From: a virus
Lineage: Duplodnaviria; Caudoviricetes
Reading direction: 5' to 3' (one strand)
DNA: 64,000 nt
IMG/VR virus record: IMGVR_UViG_3300030943_000011
Span: 1,739 to 65,738 of that record
The notes beneath the pieces are model-generated. The model was not told where the DNA came from and searched no databases. It saw nothing but the letters and a program-made list of their open reading frames with translations. Both the position numbers and the translations under genes were made by a program. The stretch's first letter is position 1; each line of letters opens with the position of its first letter. Positions 57,593 to 64,000 of the stretch are shown here, piece by piece.

Positions 57593-57701
57593 CACGGTGG
57601 ATGAAGCAATTCGGGGGTAGATCCTTATCGGTGCCCCTGTTTTTCACCTAACAAACAACAAAATTACAAATAGCGTCCCCACGCCCAAAAACAACACAGT
57701 T

Positions 57702-58076
57702 ATGATTTACATTGCCGGACCAATTACAGAAGTTCAGCCCGACTTAGCAGAAGCTAAATTTCAACAGGTTGAAAATGACCTTCGCAAACTTGATTTGAAA
57801 GTAATCAATCCACTTAAACTTGGTATTCCCTACTCGTGGAGTCATGCTGAACAGTTGAAAGAATGCAAAAGAGTTATATCCAAAGATGCCACGGCTATTT
57901 ATTTTATGCGTGGATGGCAAAACTCAAAACGTTGTCGTGAAGAATTTGAACATGTTCATGAGTTGAACCAATTGCCAACTCGGAGAATTTTAGTTTATCA
58001 GGAAACTGATTTCGGACTAAGTTCTGTCCGTCGTGACATCCTCAATAACGAACTTACCTGCTTAATCGACGAATAG
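57702..58076 (+). CDS. DUF4406-like protein
   Basis: IYIAGPIT...INP...AIYFMRGWQNSK.C..E. Confidence 0.75.
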   Translation: MIYIAGPITEVQPDLAEAKFQQVENDLRKLDLKVINPLKLGIPYSWSHAEQLKECKRVISKDATAIYFMRGWQNSKRCREEFEHVHELNQLPTRRILVYQETDFGLSSVRRDILNNELTCLIDE

Positions 58077-58078
58077 CC

Positions 58079-58294
58079 ATGTGTACCATTATCAACATCA
58101 AAATTGGATCGTGCCGCACAATTAACTATACCGGCGACATTAAATACCTGGGCGACACACTGGCCGAAGAAGCGCAGGATGATCCGGAACTCGAACAGCA
58201 GATTTTATTTGCAGCCAACGAAATAGGTATGGCAATACGTTCGAGAGATAAGGGAAAGCAGATGATCGATGTGCTTTTAAATAAAAACTCATAA
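58079..58294 (+). CDS. Hypothetical early protein
   Basis: Operon spacing. Confidence 0.6.
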   Translation: MCTIINIKIGSCRTINYTGDIKYLGDTLAEEAQDDPELEQQILFAANEIGMAIRSRDKGKQMIDVLLNKNS

Positions 58295-58307
58295 CTCCGA
58301 AACTGCC

Positions 58308-58622
58308 ATGTTTGCCACCGAAGCCCGAAGTTATATCGAAAGCCTGATCCAGATTCAGAAAAAAATCAGGGGAAAGGGTTATAACAGGGTCGACCAGTCG
58401 TTGATTAACGAATGCCTCGTAACTCTCGAAACGCTCCTGAAAGCATGGCATTACTCAACCAACGAATTGATGGCTAAATTCTGGATCAGCCATCGCACCG
58501 AAATTCGATTTTTGATACCAACAAACAGCTACAAAGGTTTTAAGGCACTAATGGTTCACTTCGAATACCTCGATAAAGACAGCAAAACATATAAACCAGT
58601 TAACCAATTAATTACTAGCTAA
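58308..58622 (+). CDS. Hypothetical early protein
   Basis: Operon spacing. Confidence 0.6.
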   Translation: MFATEARSYIESLIQIQKKIRGKGYNRVDQSLINECLVTLETLLKAWHYSTNELMAKFWISHRTEIRFLIPTNSYKGFKALMVHFEYLDKDSKTYKPVNQLITS

Positions 58623-58633
58623 ATCCTTTACCA

Positions 58634-59002
58634 ATGAAACACAATATCCAAGTATACAACCACGAGGTAATGTTCACCTGCCTGAAATGTCACGAAGAGT
58701 TTGATGGACGTATCCATCGTTTCACGTGCCCTTATTGCCAAACTGAAATCCCTCACGCCAATCGTATTTCAAAAACAATCGACTATCTGATACTTGCCAT
58801 TGCTATTTGGGCGGTGCTTTCAATGGTTACAGGCTGCAGCGTTTCGAAAATGCAATATTCGGTTCGCCAACATAAAAACCGAATTGCACAGGAAAACGCG
58901 CAGTACGAGCATTCTATCTCTGCCGGGAACGACTGGACCCGCCCCTACCGCCACGGATGGGAACGCCCCAAAGGATCGTGGCCGTTTCAGTTTTTACAGT
59001 AA
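58634..59002 (+). CDS. Zinc-ribbon plus TM protein
   Basis: CLKC...CPYC then hydrophobic segment ending TGC. Confidence 0.6.
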   Translation: MKHNIQVYNHEVMFTCLKCHEEFDGRIHRFTCPYCQTEIPHANRISKTIDYLILAIAIWAVLSMVTGCSVSKMQYSVRQHKNRIAQENAQYEHSISAGNDWTRPYRHGWERPKGSWPFQFLQ

Positions 59003-59247
59003 CCGTAATGTTTGGTGAAATCCATATTCATCGATACGGATCGGCGCTGTGTCATGCCAGTGGTGGCCTCTATATTCAGTTCGAAGAAGCTACCGGAATG
59101 AACCCCGCAAATTGCTGCAAAGATTGCGAGAGGCGATTTACCAACATTGCTAAAATGATGAAACTGGATTGGAATATGATAGGAATAGACAAAGCCGTGT
59201 TACGCGGAAAAACTGAAGAATATAAATAATAACTAAACAACAATAAG

Positions 59248-59517
59248 GTGAGCGCAAAAAACCCAACTAAGGCACTGCCGGCAGCATTAATACCAGGTAT
59301 TAACCGCATTAAACCGGCACACGACCGAGAAATACTGAAGCACAACCGGGTTAGAAGTCCCGACACATCGAAAATGCCCATACAGATTCATGATACAAAA
59401 ATGAAATGCACTTATTTTTTCACTTCTGTAGAGCAAAAAAACAGGTGTATCGAACGACTGGCACAAAAGCCAAACAACGAATCTTTGAAAAAAGGTGGAA
59501 GAACCTCAATACTTTAA
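59248..59517 (+). CDS. Hypothetical early protein
   Basis: Operon spacing. Confidence 0.5.
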   Translation: MSAKNPTKALPAALIPGINRIKPAHDREILKHNRVRSPDTSKMPIQIHDTKMKCTYFFTSVEQKNRCIERLAQKPNNESLKKGGRTSIL

Positions 59518-59520
59518 ATC

Positions 59521-59898
59521 ATGACACCACAGGAAGAAAAAGAAGTATTTCAATTCAGAGTAGTAAAACAATGGGCTGACGATGAATTATGGAAACGCCG
59601 GACTCCATTTACCGAAACCGGATATCTGTATACCGAATTGATAAACCAGTTGAATGATCGTGAATTGAGCGATGCAAAGTGCCTGGCTCGGATCCTATTA
59701 AAAGAATGCGAATCGCATAATGCCAAAATCGCAACAAAACGAACCATTTTAAAAAACCTGCGATTTTCTAAAAATTGGATGTCAAGCAAAGTATTTTCAG
59801 GAATGAACCTTCCGCTACGAGCTATCGACAAACTGATTTCAGAAAATCCGGAAATGTCACATTACGAAATTTATAAGCTTTTAAACAACAGAATCTAA
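59521..59898 (+). CDS. Hypothetical early protein
   Basis: Operon spacing. Confidence 0.6.
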   Translation: MTPQEEKEVFQFRVVKQWADDELWKRRTPFTETGYLYTELINQLNDRELSDAKCLARILLKECESHNAKIATKRTILKNLRFSKNWMSSKVFSGMNLPLRAIDKLISENPEMSHYEIYKLLNNRI

Positions 59899-59909
59899 CC
59901 AATAATACC

Positions 59910-60683
59910 ATGAAAGAAATACCAATTTTATTCAGTACTCCAATGGTTCAGGCCCTGCTCGATGGCCGCAAAACAATGACTCGAAGAATTGTAAATACCA
60001 AACGATCTGGTTGGGATTGCCAAACGATGAAATTTGCATTGAGCAAAATAATCAGGGCTATTGATACAAAAATCAGTTCTGTTATTGGATTTCACGCCTT
60101 TTTTCAAGCAAACGATTCTGACCATAAATTAGGAACAATGTGCCACTACGGGCAACCTGGTGATGTGCTTTGGGTAAGAGAAAGTTTTTCCTTTTGGCTT
60201 GATGCAATAAAATACAAAGCGGATGGTGAAAGTGTATTAAAAGGATTTAAGTATAAGCCATCCATTCACATGCGTAAAGATTATGCCCGCATCTGGTTGC
60301 AAGTAGAAGAGATCAGGGTGGAACAGTTGCAGGATATTTCAGAAGAAGATGCAAAATCGGAAGGTATTCTACCTGCTATTGAATCGAGTAGTTCATTTCT
60401 ATACTACGATAAATATTCAATGAAACTACTTGCCGGGGGTGCAATGAAAACGGAAGTTATAAAGGGTGAAAAAGTACGTATTGGAGCTAGTTATACCGGA
60501 GCGAAAAGTTCATTCCGATCTCTTTGGACATACATAAACGGCCCCCAAAGCTGGGACTCCAACCCATGGGTATGGGTGGTTAAATTCAAAACTCTCTCCA
60601 CTACTGGAAAACCCCAGATGTGTTACAAAACCAATGAACTATGCAAATACGACTGTATAGGTCTTTGCCGCGAAAGCATGTAA
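59910..60683 (+). CDS. ASCH/PUA-like phage protein
   Basis: PILFSTPMVQALLDGRKTMTRR, PGDVLWVRE, PSIHM, LQDISEEDA, NPWVWV. Confidence 0.8.
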   Translation: MKEIPILFSTPMVQALLDGRKTMTRRIVNTKRSGWDCQTMKFALSKIIRAIDTKISSVIGFHAFFQANDSDHKLGTMCHYGQPGDVLWVRESFSFWLDAIKYKADGESVLKGFKYKPSIHMRKDYARIWLQVEEIRVEQLQDISEEDAKSEGILPAIESSSSFLYYDKYSMKLLAGGAMKTEVIKGEKVRIGASYTGAKSSFRSLWTYINGPQSWDSNPWVWVVKFKTLSTTGKPQMCYKTNELCKYDCIGLCRESM

Positions 60684-60716
60684 TCTAGTTAATAATCATT
60701 CAATAAATACATATCC

Positions 60717-61292
60717 ATGCAAAATCAAACATCAACACCGGAAGAGTTAATTCCGCTCCGTCAGCTCGACGGCTGTATCAATACCATTTCGGGCAAAAAA
60801 TTCAATCTTTTGGAGCCAACCGTTGAAATGGTCGACCTGCTCGACATTGCCAAAGGATTGGCCTACAAACCGCACTTTGGCGGCATGTCGCCCCGCTTTT
60901 TTTCGGTGGCCGAACATTGCCTATTGGTTCGTTACCTGCTTATCAAGAATACCGTTCACGTTTCTCTTGGTATTGAGCTGGCCGCGCTGTTGCACGATGC
61001 TGCCGAAGCCTATATTGGCGATATGATTAAGCCACTTAAAGTTCACCTTCCGTTTTATTGCGAAGTGGAAGACCGGATTATGAAGGTCATTTTCGAGCAT
61101 TTTGGCCTGAAAGTATATTTACTGAAGCTGGTCAAAAAATACGATCTGAAAGCACAGGAAATTGAATACAACTGCTTTTTCAAAGGCAGCGAATACCCGC
61201 TTCTGTATCACGATCCTGAAAAAGCATTGATGGTTTATCATGCAGAACTGCAAAAGGCCATTGCCAAACATCAATCAACCTATCAAGTTTAA
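60717..61292 (+). CDS. HD-domain phosphohydrolase (YfbR-like)
   Basis: FSVAEHC, ALLHDAAEAYIGD. Confidence 0.85.
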   Translation: MQNQTSTPEELIPLRQLDGCINTISGKKFNLLEPTVEMVDLLDIAKGLAYKPHFGGMSPRFFSVAEHCLLVRYLLIKNTVHVSLGIELAALLHDAAEAYIGDMIKPLKVHLPFYCEVEDRIMKVIFEHFGLKVYLLKLVKKYDLKAQEIEYNCFFKGSEYPLLYHDPEKALMVYHAELQKAIAKHQSTYQV

Positions 61293-61297
61293 CAGCC

Positions 61298-62368
61298 ATG
61301 TCAGCAACAAAAGAACATTTTCATGATCAAATCGAGGCCGGACAACGCTCGAAACAGCATAAAATTAGCTGGCTCAATATGCCAGGTTACAAGCCTGAAA
61401 CGTGGAACCCCATTGTTGGATGCTCTAAAGTATCTCCCGGATGCGATAACTGTTATGCCGAACGAATGGCTAACCGATTAACCGGAATTCAGGCCACAAA
61501 AGACAATTATTCGCCGGTAATTTCTAACGGCAAATGGAATGGTAATACAAGTGCTTGCCTTAATCAGTGGAATTGGCCACTAGTCTGGAAAGCACCGCGA
61601 ATGGTATTTGTTTGCTCAATGGGCGATCTTTTCCACGAATCAGTTTCATTCGAAACTATTGAGCAGATATATGATATGATGCTCGCAAATGATCAGCACA
61701 TTTTTATCGTCCTTACAAAAAGGCCGGAACGAATGTATGAGTTTTGGGACTGGCTTCTTCGTAAAACTGGTGGAGTTGGAATACAAGATGTTTGCCTAAA
61801 ATCAAAGAATAATATTTGGCAAGGAGTTACTGCAGAGAACCAGGAGCAAGCCAATAAACGAATCCCGATACTTTTATCAATACCAGCTGCTAAACGGTTT
61901 GTAAGCATCGAGCCGATGTTGGGACCGGTTGATTTAACCGCAATTAGGCCATTTATCTGCGAAACAATTACCCAAAACGCATTATCCGGATTTGCAACGA
62001 ACCAAACCAAATCATTCCGCGATGGGCTGCCTGTTTTAGACTGGGTTATCTGCGGAGGCGAATCTGGTCCCAAGGCCAGACCCATGCACCCCTACTGGGT
62101 TAGTTCAATTCGATATCAGTGTAAAGCAGCAAGCGTACCATTCTTTTTTAAACAGTGGGGCGAATGGAGACCAGCAATAGATTCAGATAGTGCCAAATCA
62201 AATCGATGGAGTTGGATTTGCAAAAATGGCAAAGTAGAACCAGGTCTGGGTCGAACATGGGAATTCGAAAAGCTACATCACTCATTGATGATCAACGTTG
62301 GCCGAAAAGCTGCCGGAGATTTGATCGACGGCGAACGCCATCAAAACTGGCCGAAAATTAACCTATAA
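61298..62368 (+). CDS. DUF5131 / Gp37-Gp68 family protein
   Basis: WNPIVGCSKVSPGCDNCYA, SMGDLFH, LTKRP, SIEPML, WVICGGESG, FFKQWG. Confidence 0.9.
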   Translation: MSATKEHFHDQIEAGQRSKQHKISWLNMPGYKPETWNPIVGCSKVSPGCDNCYAERMANRLTGIQATKDNYSPVISNGKWNGNTSACLNQWNWPLVWKAPRMVFVCSMGDLFHESVSFETIEQIYDMMLANDQHIFIVLTKRPERMYEFWDWLLRKTGGVGIQDVCLKSKNNIWQGVTAENQEQANKRIPILLSIPAAKRFVSIEPMLGPVDLTAIRPFICETITQNALSGFATNQTKSFRDGLPVLDWVICGGESGPKARPMHPYWVSSIRYQCKAASVPFFFKQWGEWRPAIDSDSAKSNRWSWICKNGKVEPGLGRTWEFEKLHHSLMINVGRKAAGDLIDGERHQNWPKINL

Positions 62369-62378
62369 GTTAACTATC

Positions 62379-62651
62379 ATGAATTTTCTGAAATTGAAAA
62401 GCGACCAGTATGTTGAGCTCGTTCCGCGGAGTAACTTTTCGCTGCACGAAATGATTACCGAAGCCATTGAATTCATTAATCAAAATGAGTTGAAAGGCGC
62501 GGACTTAATTGTGCAAGGCTTCACAATGGGCATTTACCCCGAAGACTACAAAGGCCGAGAATCAGAATTTATTCACGGCTTGCAAACCGAATTCGATAAT
62601 CATCAAAAGAAACATCCAGAACCTAAAAATCAAAACCAATGCAAGAATTAA
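62379..62651 (+). CDS. Hypothetical early protein
   Basis: Operon spacing. Confidence 0.55.
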   Translation: MNFLKLKSDQYVELVPRSNFSLHEMITEAIEFINQNELKGADLIVQGFTMGIYPEDYKGRESEFIHGLQTEFDNHQKKHPEPKNQNQCKN

Positions 62652-62878
62652 TCATGCTATCAATTTACGGCATACTTACAGCCATTATCATACTTTCAGT
62701 TTTTGCGATCCGTAGAGAGCGAAAATTGATTTACAAAGTCGAAAATGAAATTGCCGATGATGTCAAAACTGCTTCAGACGTACTCGAAACATTTTACGGC
62801 AAACTGGATGAATTTATGAAAGTAATCAGCGAGATATCCGATAAAGCCAAAACTGGCTCCGATTCAACCGAACAGTAA
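62639..62878 (+). CDS. Small single-TM protein
   Basis: N-terminal hydrophobic helix. Confidence 0.55.
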   Translation: MQELIMLSIYGILTAIIILSVFAIRRERKLIYKVENEIADDVKTASDVLETFYGKLDEFMKVISEISDKAKTGSDSTEQ

Positions 62879-62900
62879 TTTAACATTCATAACTCTCGCC

Positions 62901-63323
62901 ATGCCACGAATCATTGTCCCATCAGCTTTAGTAGCCAGCATACTTCCGGTACTCGATCGTAAATCTTCGGACATACAGGTCATAACAATTCGGATTCGCA
63001 AGCGAAAGCGACCTGTCGTCAAAGGCGAAGTACTTCAATTGTATTTCAGAAACCTAAATAAACGGCTCGAAAAGCTGGCCGTGGTGAAATGTAAGGCCGC
63101 TGAAGATACAGCAAAAGGGCAGCTGGTCACCCTGCGAAATACTTACGACCGCAAGTATTACCTGAATCGGAAAGTAAAGGCTGCCGGTTATAGACTCGAA
63201 CTGGAGCAAACCAGCAAAACGATTTTGATTCCTCCGGAAATGACCGGACATGCAGAATTGAATAAGGCAGTGAAGGAATTAAGTAACAATTACAATTACG
63301 GAGTGCAATACACATTGATATAG
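62901..63323 (+). CDS. Basic hypothetical protein
   Basis: 140 aa, operon spacing. Confidence 0.6.
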   Translation: MPRIIVPSALVASILPVLDRKSSDIQVITIRIRKRKRPVVKGEVLQLYFRNLNKRLEKLAVVKCKAAEDTAKGQLVTLRNTYDRKYYLNRKVKAAGYRLELEQTSKTILIPPEMTGHAELNKAVKELSNNYNYGVQYTLI

Positions 63324-63357
63324 AACACTTTATTATTTATATAAATAAATCAAAATC

Positions 63358-63834
63358 ATGGAATTAACACTTAAAAAAACAACAGCAAAAAAGCTCTATC
63401 CTGAAGCTCCAGCGTGGTTTCAGAAAGTATTGATCGAAACTTTTGGAGAAGATTACTTCAAAAAAAGAGAATTCACCGACATCAAAACCTTTGCGGATGC
63501 CTGCGAAGAATGTGGAATTACTGAAGAAGAGTTTGATTATCGTTTTGCCGCACTTGGTCTGGATGATGATACAATTAACTATGAAAAGCTAAAGATTGTA
63601 GTGAAAGCAATTAACCAGGGCTGGAATCCCGACTGGAGTAATTCCGATCAATACAAATACTGGCCATATTTCAATCTGTCTTCCGGTTTCGGTTTTTCGC
63701 GCTCGGCTTACTGCTGCGCTTACGCGATTACGGCTGTCGGCTCTCGCCTTTGCACTGATACCTCAGAGAAGGCTGAGTATATAGCCGAACAGTTCCAGGA
63801 AGAGTACAAGGAATACTTGCTGTATTCAGAATAA
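63358..63834 (+). CDS. DGR target protein
   Basis: Contains VR ending in VGSRLC (CLec-type G.RL motif). Confidence 0.85.
   Translation: MELTLKKTTAKKLYPEAPAWFQKVLIETFGEDYFKKREFTDIKTFADACEECGITEEEFDYRFAALGLDDDTINYEKLKIVVKAINQGWNPDWSNSDQYKYWPYFNLSSGFGFSRSAYCCAYAITAVGSRLCTDTSEKAEYIAEQFQEEYKEYLLYSE
63675..63753 (+). repeat. DGR variable repeat (VR)
   Basis: 79 bp ungapped match to 63867-63945. Confidence 0.92.
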
Positions 63835-63866
63835 TAAAAAAGGTTGTACGCTGCGTTGCTGTTAGT

Positions 63867-63945
63867 TCTGTCTTCCAGTTTCAGTTTTTCGAACTCGAAT
63901 TACAACTACGATAACACGAATACGAATGTCAGCTCTCACCTATGC
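63867..63945 (+). repeat. DGR template repeat (TR)
   Basis: AAC/AAT-rich; all 18 differences from VR are at TR adenines. Confidence 0.92.
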
Positions 63946-64000
63946 GATTACTGGCAGCGTAGACCTTGCCAACAGTGCAATAAATAAACTCATTTAAATG

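Larger units (their letters stand above)
1..64000 (+). mobile_element. Temperate siphovirus-type phage genome (near complete, probably excised/circular form)
   Basis: Continuous replication, head, packaging, tail, lysis, integration, immunity and early modules, nearly all on + strand; no host housekeeping genes; att core is internal. Confidence 0.93.

Noticed and set aside
57596-57650. Second tRNA downstream of tRNA-Met
   Set aside because: Some pairing but no complete cloverleaf or T-loop consensus
57415-57651. 78-aa ORF
   Set aside because: Overlaps the tRNA and its flanking hairpins

Overview
The whole window reads as most of one temperate, long-tailed (siphovirus-type) phage genome, most likely of a Bacteroidota host (inferred from TAnnTTTG-type -7 boxes and A-rich, mostly SD-less leaders). 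It appears to be the excised/circular form: an attP matching the tmRNA (ssrA) 3' end lies internally at ~54.86 kb with phage genes on both sides. Gene order: primase-helicase and iteron origin (0.6-5.1 kb), accessory array (6.3-12.7 kb), head, terminase, portal, neck, tape measure, tail and lysis genes (13-53 kb), integrase/attP/immunity (53.5-57 kb), tRNA-Met and early genes (57.5-64 kb). Main finding: a phage-borne integron-like cassette array at 6.34-12.70 kb. It has five 122-125 bp attC-like hairpin sites and five cassettes, each flanked by its own mutually complementary GTT.../...AAC ends. It ends in an attI-like half-site next to an intact 277-aa tyrosine recombinase that lacks the IntI-specific insertion. 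The cassette genes point toward the recombinase, and two of them start inside the hairpin site itself. Also seen: a diversity-generating retroelement VR/TR pair (18 of 18 mismatches at TR adenines) targeting a non-tail gene; a two-frame nested C5 methyltransferase; a nine-copy late-promoter motif; a GT4-Stealth fusion in the head module; and several candidate RNA switches. All calls are by eye, with no database searches.
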